Source of the DNA: Candidatus Omnitrophota bacterium | Lineage (GTDB): Bacteria > Omnitrophota > Gorgyraeia > Zapsychrales > Fredricksoniimonadaceae | Reading direction: 5' to 3' | DNA length: 64,000 nt | Assembly: GCA_015233335.1 (NCBI GenBank) | Contig: JADFXX010000007.1 | Coordinates: forward strand, 15,221-79,220 | Position numbers and translations under genes: made by a program | Notes under the pieces: generated by a model | Databases searched by the model: none | What the model saw: only the letters and a program-made list of their open reading frames with translations | What the model was told of the DNA's origin: nothing | In this document: positions 37,491 through 47,009 of the stretch, one piece after another | How positions within the stretch are numbered: position 1 is the stretch's first letter | Layout: each line of letters starts with the position of its first letter

Positions 37491-38897
37491 TTAGTTATGC
37501 AGTAAATAATGTGTCAATAAACGCACGCCGGCACCGGTTGAACCATGACCAAAATACATACGGCCCTGGCCTTCTGCATAGGCACTTCCGGCAATATCCA
37601 AATGGGCCCAGACAGTATTTCCGGTGAACTGATGAAGAAATTCTGCCGCGGTAATTGCACCGCCACCCTTGATGGTGCTGATATTTTTTAGATCTGCGAT
37701 GAGCGACTTAATATAATCTCGGGCTTCCGCATACACGGGAAGGCGCCAGACTCGGTCATCAGTTTCATTAGAAGCGCGCACCAATTGACGGGCTAGATCA
37801 TCATTGTTAGAGAATAATCCGGAGTAGTCAAACCCCAAGGCGACAACACAAGCCCCGGTCAAAGTCGCCAAATCAATCATTCTTGCCGGTTTATAATTGC
37901 GGACTATATAGGCAAAAGCATCTGCCAAAACCAAACGGCCCTCGGCATCGGTATTGCCGATTTCAACAGATTTTCCCGCGTAACCGACAAGCACATCACC
38001 CGGCTTATAAGATGCCGGCCCTATAGAATTCTCAGCGACAGCTAATACAAACAATAAATTTTTTTTAATTCCTAAATTCAGAACATTCCTCAAAATGCCG
38101 CATACAGCAGCGGCCCCTGACATATCAATCTTCATCGTTTCAATACTTCCAGTAGGTTTTAAATTCAAGCCACCACTATCAAAGGTCAAGCCTTTGCCGA
38201 TTATAGCAGTGTAGCTCTCCGACTTTTTTGCGCCATTATAACGAACTATGATAAGCTTGGGCTCCTTATTGCTGCCCTGATTCACCGCCAAATGAAGAAA
38301 AAGCCCCTTAGCTTTTAATTCTTTACGGTTAAGAATTTCCAAATAAATATTCTTTTTACCTTTAATAAGGCCCCGCACTTTTTTTTCCAGATAGACCGAT
38401 GTAACGACATCCGCATTATCATTAGCCAAATCACGGCACAAATTAACGCCCTCTGCCGTAATCACCGTCTGTGCAAATTCTTTTCTTCCCTCAGAGGCTA
38501 TGGTCACTTGCTTGGGACGAATCGTCGGATCCTCCTTGTCTTTTGACTTGTATTTATCCCAAACATAAGCACCGATCATCACCCCCTCGATAATCGCACA
38601 AATAACCGCCTTATCATGATTATGAGGAATGATCTCCACACTCTTAGCTTTCTTCAGATAAGCGGATAATAAGGCTTTGCGCACCTGTATGCGTAGATCG
38701 GTTAAGGACAACGAAACCTCTTTGCCTAAACCAATAAACAAAAGTGTCCTCGAACCATCAAGAATGGGAAAAATTTCTCCTTTTTCTAGTTTTTGTTTAA
38801 GGCGATCATGCGTCTGGCCCGTAGTCAAGAACACCACCGCAGCGTCTTTGTCATATTTGGGGTTAGGACGAAATGAAATCATTGAAATTCCTTTCAA
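37491..38897 (-). CDS. pepA: Leucyl aminopeptidase (M17)
   Basis: [13 protein letters not shown] signature and [10 protein letters not shown]. Confidence 0.9.
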   Translation of the reverse strand: MKGISMISFRPNPKYDKDAAVVFLTTGQTHDRLKQKLEKGEIFPILDGSRTLLFIGLGKEVSLSLTDLRIQVRKALLSAYLKKAKSVEIIPHNHDKAVICAIIEGVMIGAYVWDKYKSKDKEDPTIRPKQVTIASEGRKEFAQTVITAEGVNLCRDLANDNADVVTSVYLEKKVRGLIKGKKNIYLEILNRKELKAKGLFLHLAVNQGSNKEPKLIIVRYNGAKKSESYTAIIGKGLTFDSGGLNLKPTGSIETMKIDMSGAAAVCGILRNVLNLGIKKNLLFVLAVAENSIGPASYKPGDVLVGYAGKSVEIGNTDAEGRLVLADAFAYIVRNYKPARMIDLATLTGACVVALGFDYSGLFSNNDDLARQLVRASNETDDRVWRLPVYAEARDYIKSLIADLKNISTIKGGGAITAAEFLHQFTGNTVWAHLDIAGSAYAEGQGRMYFGHGSTGAGVRLLTHYLLHN

Positions 38898-40183
38898 CGC
38901 TGTTCTAGCTGAACGTAATCTGTCATTTTAGCTCCGACATAGATTTGAAACGGTCTGCCGATTTTGTTGGTCGGATCTTGGATCATTTCCTTCCAGTGGG
39001 CTATCCAGCCGGGCATACGCCCTATGGCAAACATCACGGGAAACATATTCAAAGGTATGCCGACCGCGCGATAAATAATACCGCTGTAAAAATCAACATT
39101 AGGATACAATTTACGCGAAATAAAATATTCGTCCTTAAGGGCCGCATCTTCCATATGTTTAGCTAAATCCAGCAAAGGATCATGAATACCTAATTTATTA
39201 AGTAAATCATCGGCACATTTTTTAATAATTTTAGCCCTAGGGTCAAAATTTTTATAAACCCGATGGCCAAAACCCATTAAACGTGAATGATCATTCTTAT
39301 CTTTTGCACGGGTAATGTATTTGGCAACATCACCGCCATCCCTTTGGATCCCTTCCAGCATCTCGATGACCGCCTGATTGGCTCCCCCATGCAAAGGCCC
39401 CCACAAAGCGCAGATCCCTGCGGAAATGGAAGCATACAAATTCGCACGCGAAGAACCCACTAAGCGCACGGTGGATGTGGAACAATTCTGTTCATGATCA
39501 GCGTGTAATATCAAAAGCACCTGTAAGGCCCGCACCACTTCATCCACAAGCTTGTAAGGATGAGTTGGCGAAGAAAACATCATGTTGAGAAAATTTGGCA
39601 CATAGTGCAGATCATAACGGGGATAAACAAAAGGCTCACCAATAGTCTTTTTATATGAAAAAGCGCAAATCGTACGAACTTTGGAGAGCAGTTGAACTGC
39701 AATGCGATCCATTTCTTTCTGATTCGGATTTTCTTTGATCAATTCGGGATAATACGCCGACAAGGCGCAAACCATGGCTGAAAGACTGGCCATAGGATGC
39801 GTGGAGGCCGGATAAGCATCGAAGAAATTCTTCATATCCTCATGGATCATAGAATGCTCGTTAAAAGCGGCGGAAAAAGCTTCCAACTCACCGTGATTGG
39901 GCAATTTGCCGTAGATCAATAAAAAAGCTGTTTCCACAAAAGTAGAATGTTCCGCAAGCTGTTCGATCGGAATTCCACGATAACGCAGAATACCCTTTTC
40001 ACCATCGATATAAGTAATGGCGCTTTTGCAGGAACCAGTATTGCTAAATCCCGGGTCAAGAGTGATCAAGCCTGTTTGAGAACGCAATTTTGCGATGTCA
40101 AAAGCTTTTTCCCCCTCAGTGCCGACTGTAACCGGACATTCCAGGATCTTGCCGTTATAATTAACTTGCACATTGTCCGCCAT
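38894..40183 (-). CDS. gltA: Citrate synthase
   Basis: GFGHRVYKNFDPRA and LILHADHEQNCSTS. Confidence 0.95.
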   Translation of the reverse strand: MADNVQVNYNGKILECPVTVGTEGEKAFDIAKLRSQTGLITLDPGFSNTGSCKSAITYIDGEKGILRYRGIPIEQLAEHSTFVETAFLLIYGKLPNHGELEAFSAAFNEHSMIHEDMKNFFDAYPASTHPMASLSAMVCALSAYYPELIKENPNQKEMDRIAVQLLSKVRTICAFSYKKTIGEPFVYPRYDLHYVPNFLNMMFSSPTHPYKLVDEVVRALQVLLILHADHEQNCSTSTVRLVGSSRANLYASISAGICALWGPLHGGANQAVIEMLEGIQRDGGDVAKYITRAKDKNDHSRLMGFGHRVYKNFDPRAKIIKKCADDLLNKLGIHDPLLDLAKHMEDAALKDEYFISRKLYPNVDFYSGIIYRAVGIPLNMFPVMFAIGRMPGWIAHWKEMIQDPTNKIGRPFQIYVGAKMTDYVQLEQR

Positions 40184-40201
40184 AAACGAATCCTCCCACG
40201 G

Positions 40202-41251
40202 TTAGTTCAGACCATAAATAGCTATAATGTCCTTAATAATATCGCTGAAAGCTTCAACTAATTTAGGATCAAAATGTATTCCTTTCAAGCGATTTATTTC
40301 TGCCACAGCCTCATCAGGAGTCCATGCTTTTTTATATGGTCTTTCAGACGTCAAAGCATCAAATACATCCGCAACAGCACAAATGCGGCCAACCAAAGGG
40401 ATCTCCTCACCCTTAATCCCATGAGGATACCCACGACCATCCCATTTTTCATGATGGCTGCCAGCAATGGTCTGAGCCATGTTTAAAAAAACGGAATCAC
40501 TTCCTGAAAGCATTTGTGCCCCGAGGGTCGTATGCGTTTTCATGATTTCAAATTCAGGAGCACTGAGAGAAGAGGATTTTAACAAAATAGCATCGGGAAT
40601 TGCAATTTTACCGATATCATGTAAAGGAGAAGTCGTCAAAACCAGCTCAGCCTGCGCCTTTGAAAACCCGACGGCTAGGGCCAATTGCTGACAATAATGG
40701 CTCATACGGTGAATATGTTTGGCTGTCCCAGCGTCCCTTAATTCCGCGGCCACAGCCAGGCGCCTGATCACATCCAGACGCGTGTCCTTTAACTCTCTGA
40801 TGCGGTCAGAAACCTGCTGCTCCAAAGAGACATTATGATTCTTAATTTGACTGTACAAAAGCCGTACTTCAATAATGTTTCGGCTTCTTAAGATAACATC
40901 TAAATGATCGTACGGTTTATGTAAAAAGTCTTTGGCTCCGACTTTAAGGGCCTTAAATCTTATAGACTCTTCTTCTGCGGTCACGACCAGAACCGGAAGA
41001 TAATCCTCAGGATCGAAAGCTGAAAGCTGGGCCATGACGGCAAACCCATCGACTAGAGGCATATTTAAATCTAATAGAATTAAATCAGGCTTAACCTGCT
41101 TGTAAAGACTAACAGCCTGGGTTGGATCCGTCGTGGTAGTAATATTGATGAACCCTGCGTTAGAAAGAATTTTCTTAAGGATTTGAATATTAAGAATATT
41201 GTCATCAATAACAAGGATTTGAGCCGCAAGGATCTTTTCTTCAGAAATCAT
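40202..41251 (-). CDS. Response regulator with HD-GYP domain (c-di-GMP phosphodiesterase type)
   Basis: REC motifs (LVIDDN, LLDLNMP), then HDIGK and HHEKWDGRGYP. Confidence 0.85.
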   Translation of the reverse strand: MISEEKILAAQILVIDDNILNIQILKKILSNAGFINITTTTDPTQAVSLYKQVKPDLILLDLNMPLVDGFAVMAQLSAFDPEDYLPVLVVTAEEESIRFKALKVGAKDFLHKPYDHLDVILRSRNIIEVRLLYSQIKNHNVSLEQQVSDRIRELKDTRLDVIRRLAVAAELRDAGTAKHIHRMSHYCQQLALAVGFSKAQAELVLTTSPLHDIGKIAIPDAILLKSSSLSAPEFEIMKTHTTLGAQMLSGSDSVFLNMAQTIAGSHHEKWDGRGYPHGIKGEEIPLVGRICAVADVFDALTSERPYKKAWTPDEAVAEINRLKGIHFDPKLVEAFSDIIKDIIAIYGLN

Positions 41252-41987
41252 AGGTTTTCACTTTATCTAAAAATATATTATCCGTCAAATCAGAATGTAT
41301 AGGGGTCACAGTAATAAACTTGTTCTTTAAGGCATAAGTGTCTATTAAATTATCATTTTTATGGACCGGCATTTTTGAACCCATCCAATAGTAATGATGA
41401 TCGTGAGGACTTTTTCGTTTTTCAAAAACCTCGTGAATAGGCTCTGTGCCCTGACGGGTTAACCGTATCCCCTTTGGACAACCGGTAGGCACGTTAACAT
41501 TTAAAAATGTGCCTGAAGGCAAAGTGTTCTTATGCACCCACTTGGCAATCTTAGCTGTACACTGGGCCGCGTAAGAAAAGTCCGGAGAATCAAAACAGTC
41601 CAATGAGACTGCAAACGAATGAATACCCAGAAGAGCTCCTTCGCGAGCACCTGCGACTGTCCCTGAATAAAATACGCTGCAGCCGTCATTTCCGCCCAAA
41701 TTGATACCGGAAATTACCATATCCGGTTTTTTACCTTTTAAAAGCACACTCACGGCCCATTTGACACAATCAGCCGGCTTACCGCTGATAGCATGCCCGT
41801 CAAAATGATGTTGAGGAGCAATTTTCTTGACAAACAAAGGAGCAAAAAGAGTGATCCCATGCCCAACTGAGCTCTGCTCGCTTTCAGGCGCTACAACGAT
41901 CACATCGGCAAATTTGATCAATTGCCGATAAGCGGCATAAAGACCTTGTGCATAGATCCCATCATCATTGGTCAGCAAAATCTTCAT
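41241..41987 (-). CDS. surE: 5'/3'-nucleotidase SurE
   Basis: MKILLTNDDGI, GINLGGN, YSGTVAGA. Confidence 0.9.
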   Translation of the reverse strand: MKILLTNDDGIYAQGLYAAYRQLIKFADVIVVAPESEQSSVGHGITLFAPLFVKKIAPQHHFDGHAISGKPADCVKWAVSVLLKGKKPDMVISGINLGGNDGCSVFYSGTVAGAREGALLGIHSFAVSLDCFDSPDFSYAAQCTAKIAKWVHKNTLPSGTFLNVNVPTGCPKGIRLTRQGTEPIHEVFEKRKSPHDHHYYWMGSKMPVHKNDNLIDTYALKNKFITVTPIHSDLTDNIFLDKVKTYDF

Positions 41988-41989
41988 TA

Positions 41990-44686
41990 TTAAATTAACT
42001 TCCTCAAAACGGTTTGTAAAATCCCCCCGTTGCGCAAATAATCAACTTCCACCGGCGTATCTACCCGAGCGATCACGCTGAACTCTTTTCTGTGACCATC
42101 TAATGAAATAGCCTCAATCATTATCTCCTGACGCGGTTTAAGATAATCATCCAAATTAATAAAATCAAAAATTTCATTGCCCTCAAGGCCTAGAGAGGCA
42201 TGGCTCTCTCCTTCTTTAAACTGACATGGTAGAACACCCATACCGCACAAATTACTTCGGTGAATACGTTCGAAACTTTGGGCGATAACTGCCCTAACCC
42301 CAAGCAAGTTTGTACCCTTGGCCGCCCAATCACGGGAGGAACCAGTTCCATACTCACGACCGGCCAAAATGATAAGGGGCGTTAGGCTTTCCTTATATTT
42401 CATAGCCGCATCGTAAATAAACATTTTTTCTCCGGTCGGCCAATATGTGGTCCATGGTCCTTCATTCCCCTGAGCAATTAAATTGCGCAAACGAATATTA
42501 GCAAAAGTGCCGCGGGTCATGACCCTGTCATTACCCCGACGGGATCCGTAACTGTTAAAATCTTGCGCTTGAACACCCTGGGCCATGAGGTATTTTCCTG
42601 CCGGAGAATCTTGGGCAATAGAACCTGCCGGTGATATATGGTCGGTTGTAATGGAATCCGCAACCATCACCAAACATCTGGCCCGTTTGATCTCCCCCAG
42701 CGGATCTGTCTGTGATTTTATGCCCACAAAATAAGGCGGATGTTGTATATAAGTACTTTTGTGATCCCACTTAAATAGATCAGAGCGACTATTCTTGATA
42801 GCATTCCAATTTTTATTTCCATGGTCCACATTTTTATAACATCGACGAAAAATAGAAGCTTTAACAAATTTACGGACAACCTGGGCGATTTCTTGATGGG
42901 ATGGCCAAATATCTTTAAGATAGACCGGTTTGCCTTTTTGATCCAAACCGATAGGTTCCTGGGTTAAATCAATGTCCACACGCCCTGCCAAAGCATAAGC
43001 TACCACCAAAGGGGGAGATGCCAAAAAATTAGCCTTTGTGTGGGGGTTTACACGGCCTTCAAAATTACGGTTGCCGGAAAGAACCGCGGCCGCAACCAGA
43101 TTGCCTTGGACGATCGCCTGGACCACCGGCTCAGGCAAAGGACCGGAATTGCCAATACAAGTGGCGCACCCATATCCAACAATATTAAATTTAAGCTTTT
43201 CAAGACATATCATCAATCCTGATTTTCTTAAATATTCTTCAACCACCTGGGAACCCGGAGCAAAAGAAGTTTTAACATATTCAGGCGTACACAAACCCTT
43301 GGCTACGGCTTTTTTTGCCAAAAGACCGGCACCGATCAAGACAGATGGGTTCGAAGTATTCGTACAACTGGTAATGGCTGCAATGACAACAGCGCCGTGA
43401 CCGATAGATTGAGCCGAAATTCCTTGCACTGTTTCCTTGCGGGTTAGCTCTTGTGGCAAAAGTCCATACCCGCAAGAAGGAATATCCGCAGTCAAGGACT
43501 TTAAGAAACTGCTTTTTAGATCTTTTAAAGGGACCCTGTCGTGCGGTCGTTTAGGCCCGGCCAGGCAAGGCTCGACAGTGGATAAATCCAGTTCCAAAAT
43601 ATCGGAATAAACACTTTCAGGGCTGGCGGCAGAATAAAACAGGCCCTGTGCTTTATAATATTTTTCCATTAAAGCTACTTCCGTCGTACTGCGACCGGAC
43701 AATTTCAAATAGTCAAGCGTCTGTTCATCAACAGGAAATAAACCTATGGTCGCCCCGTATTCCGGTGCCATATTGGCAATGGTGGCCCTGTCCGGCAGGC
43801 TCAAATAAGATAATCCTTCTCCAAAAAATTCCACAAATTTTTCCACCACCCCTTTTTTTCGTAAAATTTGGGTAACTGTCAGGACCAGATCGGTCGCTGT
43901 CACTCCATCATTTAATTTACCTTTAATACGAAAACCGACAACTTCCGGCAAAAGCATATAAATCGGCTCACCTAACATGACTGATTCAGCCTCAATACCG
44001 CCAACTCCCCAGCCGACTACGCCTAAACCATTGATCATGGTCGTATGCGAATCAGTGCCCACTAAGCTATCGGGATAAGCGACATTGACAAAGCCTATTT
44101 TTTTCCTTAAAACCCCTTTTGCCAAATATTCAAGGTTGACCTGGTGCACGATTCCTGTAGCCGGCGGGACAACCCTGAAGTTTTGTAAAGCACTCTGTCC
44201 CCATTTGAGGAATTCATAACGCTCTTTATTGCGATCAAATTCCAAACGCACATTTTGGGCCTGAGCTCGATCTGTTCCAAAAAAATCAACTTGTAATGAA
44301 TGGTCAACCACAAGATCACATTGCACCTGTGGATTAATTTTCTTAATATCCCCTTTCAAACACTTCATAGCATCGCGCATGGCAGCCATGTCAACCACAC
44401 AAGGGACACCGGTAAAATCCTGCAGAATCACACGGCCGGGCTTAAAGGCGATTTCTTCCTTTTTTTCATTAGGCTTCCAGTTAATGATCGTTTCGATATC
44501 TTTTTGTGTCACCTGATAGTTGTCAAAATTACGTAAGGCGCTTTCTAAAAGGATACGGATGGAAAACGGTAATTTAGAGATATCGAGATTGTTGTTTCTG
44601 GCAAATTGGGGGAGAGAAAAAATGGTAAAAGAGGAAGAATTAACTCTCAGCTTTTTAATGACAGATTTTTTATCGAATAGATTCAT
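41990..44686 (-). CDS. acnA: Aconitate hydratase A
   Basis: 898 aa, with [27 protein letters not shown] and the swivel-domain motif [16 protein letters not shown]. Confidence 0.95.
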   Translation of the reverse strand: MNLFDKKSVIKKLRVNSSSFTIFSLPQFARNNNLDISKLPFSIRILLESALRNFDNYQVTQKDIETIINWKPNEKKEEIAFKPGRVILQDFTGVPCVVDMAAMRDAMKCLKGDIKKINPQVQCDLVVDHSLQVDFFGTDRAQAQNVRLEFDRNKERYEFLKWGQSALQNFRVVPPATGIVHQVNLEYLAKGVLRKKIGFVNVAYPDSLVGTDSHTTMINGLGVVGWGVGGIEAESVMLGEPIYMLLPEVVGFRIKGKLNDGVTATDLVLTVTQILRKKGVVEKFVEFFGEGLSYLSLPDRATIANMAPEYGATIGLFPVDEQTLDYLKLSGRSTTEVALMEKYYKAQGLFYSAASPESVYSDILELDLSTVEPCLAGPKRPHDRVPLKDLKSSFLKSLTADIPSCGYGLLPQELTRKETVQGISAQSIGHGAVVIAAITSCTNTSNPSVLIGAGLLAKKAVAKGLCTPEYVKTSFAPGSQVVEEYLRKSGLMICLEKLKFNIVGYGCATCIGNSGPLPEPVVQAIVQGNLVAAAVLSGNRNFEGRVNPHTKANFLASPPLVVAYALAGRVDIDLTQEPIGLDQKGKPVYLKDIWPSHQEIAQVVRKFVKASIFRRCYKNVDHGNKNWNAIKNSRSDLFKWDHKSTYIQHPPYFVGIKSQTDPLGEIKRARCLVMVADSITTDHISPAGSIAQDSPAGKYLMAQGVQAQDFNSYGSRRGNDRVMTRGTFANIRLRNLIAQGNEGPWTTYWPTGEKMFIYDAAMKYKESLTPLIILAGREYGTGSSRDWAAKGTNLLGVRAVIAQSFERIHRSNLCGMGVLPCQFKEGESHASLGLEGNEIFDFINLDDYLKPRQEIMIEAISLDGHRKEFSVIARVDTPVEVDYLRNGGILQTVLRKLI

Positions 44687-44700
44687 CGCATCATTATAGG

Positions 44701-45405
44701 CTATATCGAACTTGCGTCAATAAGGAATAAAGCAGGTTTTTTATCGATATGGATAAGATTTTTCTTCCATTCTTTGACATTCATAGTTTTGATGATCTGT
44801 TCGCTGGAGCCTATAGAACAGGCAACACAAAAATAAGTCTTGTCCTTACAAACTTTCAGGACATCATCTAATATGTATTGATTACGATAGGGCGTTTCCA
44901 TAAAAATTTGGGTTTGTTTTTCCTTTAAAGAGCGCTCTTCTAACATCTTGATTTTCATTATTCTTGCCTGATGATCTCTAGGTAAATAACCGTTAAAAGC
45001 AAAATTTTGACCTGAAAGTCCAGACGCCATCAAAGCCATCACGATCGAACAAGGTCCTGTCAGGGGGATAACATCTATATGATGCTGATGGGAGAGCAGG
45101 ACCAAATCAGCCCCGGGATCAGCTACACAGGGGCATCCGGCTTCTGATATAATAGCCCCATCCCCTTTTTGAAGAATTGTGATGTACCCTGCAATCTGAT
45201 TGAGATTGGTGTGTTCATTGAGATCATAAAAACAGCAGGCATCAAAAGGAAATTGCGCATTCAATCTTTTTAAAAAGCGACGGGCTGACTTTGGCTCTTC
45301 AACAAAGAAATTACGCACATCATTGATTTTTCGGACTATGTCAATGGGAAAAAGAACTCCCTCTTGATCATTAATAGTGTTGGGGATTAAATATAACTTA
45401 TGCAT
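44701..45405 (-). CDS. Tetrapyrrole-methylase-fold SAM-dependent methyltransferase (RsmI-like paralogue)
   Basis: LYLIPNTI N-terminus, [25 protein letters not shown]. Confidence 0.6.
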   Translation of the reverse strand: MHKLYLIPNTINDQEGVLFPIDIVRKINDVRNFFVEEPKSARRFLKRLNAQFPFDACCFYDLNEHTNLNQIAGYITILQKGDGAIISEAGCPCVADPGADLVLLSHQHHIDVIPLTGPCSIVMALMASGLSGQNFAFNGYLPRDHQARIMKIKMLEERSLKEKQTQIFMETPYRNQYILDDVLKVCKDKTYFCVACSIGSSEQIIKTMNVKEWKKNLIHIDKKPALFLIDASSI

Positions 45406-46016
45406 TAATGCTCGTCATGTCCCCATGTCTTTTCCAGATATTCATTACGTCCGGAATTGTCATGGTAATGATGATATTGAAGAGAGCTCTTTTGATAATA
45501 CTTTTGATGATAGTCTTCCGCCGGATAAAAAGCGGATGCCGCTACAATTTGGGTTGCAATAGGTTCGTGAAAACGGCCCGAAGCAGACACGGCCTGCTTG
45601 GATTTTTCTGCTATACGTTTTTGCTCTTCATTGTGATAAAAAACTGCGGTCCTGTACTGTGAGCCTTCGTCTACAAATTGACCATTGACCTGGGTTGGAT
45701 CAATATTATGCCAATAAATGTTTAAGATTTTCTCATAGGATACTTCTTGAGGATCAAATTCAACCTGAATCGCTTCAGCGTGACCTGTGACGCCAGAAGA
45801 GACTTCTTCATAGGTTGGATTAGGCATGTTCCCTCCGGTGTAACCCACGGTTGTTTTCTTGACACCTTGAGTGTGATCAAAAAAAGGCTGCATGCACCAA
45901 AAACATCCGCCTGCAAAAGTTGCTTTTTCCAGTTGAGTATTTTTCACAACAGCCTCCCCTGCTAGCACGATATTCGAAAAAGATACAAAAGCGGCAATCA
46001 ACAATAAAATACGCAT
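45405..46016 (-). CDS. msrA: Peptide methionine-S-sulfoxide reductase, exported
   Basis: N-terminal signal peptide (MRILLLIAAFVSFSNIVLA), GGCFWC, and GHAEAIQVEFDP. Confidence 0.9.
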   Translation of the reverse strand: MRILLLIAAFVSFSNIVLAGEAVVKNTQLEKATFAGGCFWCMQPFFDHTQGVKKTTVGYTGGNMPNPTYEEVSSGVTGHAEAIQVEFDPQEVSYEKILNIYWHNIDPTQVNGQFVDEGSQYRTAVFYHNEEQKRIAEKSKQAVSASGRFHEPIATQIVAASAFYPAEDYHQKYYQKSSLQYHHYHDNSGRNEYLEKTWGHDEH

Positions 46017-46028
46017 AAAAGATATCGC

Positions 46029-46544
46029 TTATTTCTGTTCTACAAATTTTAGGGCTACTGAATTAATGCAATACCTTTTTCCTGTTGGGGCCGGACCGTC
46101 ATCAAAGACATGCCCTAAATGCGCTTTGCAGCGGGGGCAGTACACTTCAATACGGGCCTGTAAAAGACTTTTATCCGTTAAGTAAGCAATATTAACAGGA
46201 TCAATAGGTTTGGTAAAGCTAGGCCAACCTGTCCCTGATTCAAATTTATCTTCTGACGAAAATAAATCCAACCCGCAGCCAATGCATTGATAAACGCCTT
46301 TACGATGATTGTTGACATACTCCCCGCTAAAAGCATGTTCGGTCCCATGCTGACGGGTCACATCATATTGCATAGGAGATAATATTTTTTTCCATTCATC
46401 GGGCGTTTTAACTACTTCTGAAGTTTTAACATAAGTTTTAGTGGTTGCATCATAAACCTTGATTGTGTTATGAGTTGATTGAGACATAACCGAGCCTCCA
46501 TTAAAAATCATCACTAAGAATAAGGTCCATATGATTCTATTCAT
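46029..46544 (-). CDS. msrB: Peptide methionine-R-sulfoxide reductase, exported
   Basis: Signal peptide, CIGCG...CPRC Zn site, GWPSF, RYCINS. Confidence 0.9.
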   Translation of the reverse strand: MNRIIWTLFLVMIFNGGSVMSQSTHNTIKVYDATTKTYVKTSEVVKTPDEWKKILSPMQYDVTRQHGTEHAFSGEYVNNHRKGVYQCIGCGLDLFSSEDKFESGTGWPSFTKPIDPVNIAYLTDKSLLQARIEVYCPRCKAHLGHVFDDGPAPTGKRYCINSVALKFVEQK

Positions 46545-46559
46545 AATTTATAGGTGTCT

Positions 46560-46991
46560 TTATTTAAATATGGCCAGCAATGCCAGGGCCTGAGAGAATT
46601 CCTTTGAACTTACAACTCCTACAATCCTGGAATCCGGTATTTCGTGACCATGGCTATCCAGAAAAACAATGGTCGGCACGCCATCAATCCCATACTCCTG
46701 AATAATCCTCTGTACCCGGCTATTATCCATATCGGTCACATCCATTCTCAGGGCAGTCACAGAGGCAAGTTTGGCCGCAATCGCAGGATCAGAAAAAACA
46801 GTCCGGTCTAATTCATGACAATTAGGACACCAGTCCGCATAAAAATCAATCACTACAGGTTTTTTTCGATTGACGGAATCCGCCAAGACCTTCTCGCTAT
46901 ATGGCTTCCAGATCGATTTTGACATCATCGATACTTGCTGGCAGGATGCAAAGATAAACGATAAAATCATTAAACCAATTAAATTCTTCAT
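46560..46991 (-). CDS. Thioredoxin-fold lipoprotein resembling the DsbD gamma domain
   Basis: Lipobox IFASC. VIDFYADWCPNCHELDRTVFSDP...GVPTIVFLD parallels the E. coli DsbD C-terminal domain ([21 protein letters not shown]...GLPTILFFD). Confidence 0.8.
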   Translation of the reverse strand: MKNLIGLMILSFIFASCQQVSMMSKSIWKPYSEKVLADSVNRKKPVVIDFYADWCPNCHELDRTVFSDPAIAAKLASVTALRMDVTDMDNSRVQRIIQEYGIDGVPTIVFLDSHGHEIPDSRIVGVVSSKEFSQALALLAIFK

Positions 46992-47009
46992 ATGAGATAT
47001 TCTACCACG

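Noticed and set aside
34989-44686. The cluster of ald, fumC, pepA, gltA, surE and acnA as a special pathway island.
   Set aside because: All are standard housekeeping enzymes with canonical motifs and lengths. Their adjacency is most simply explained by genome compaction.
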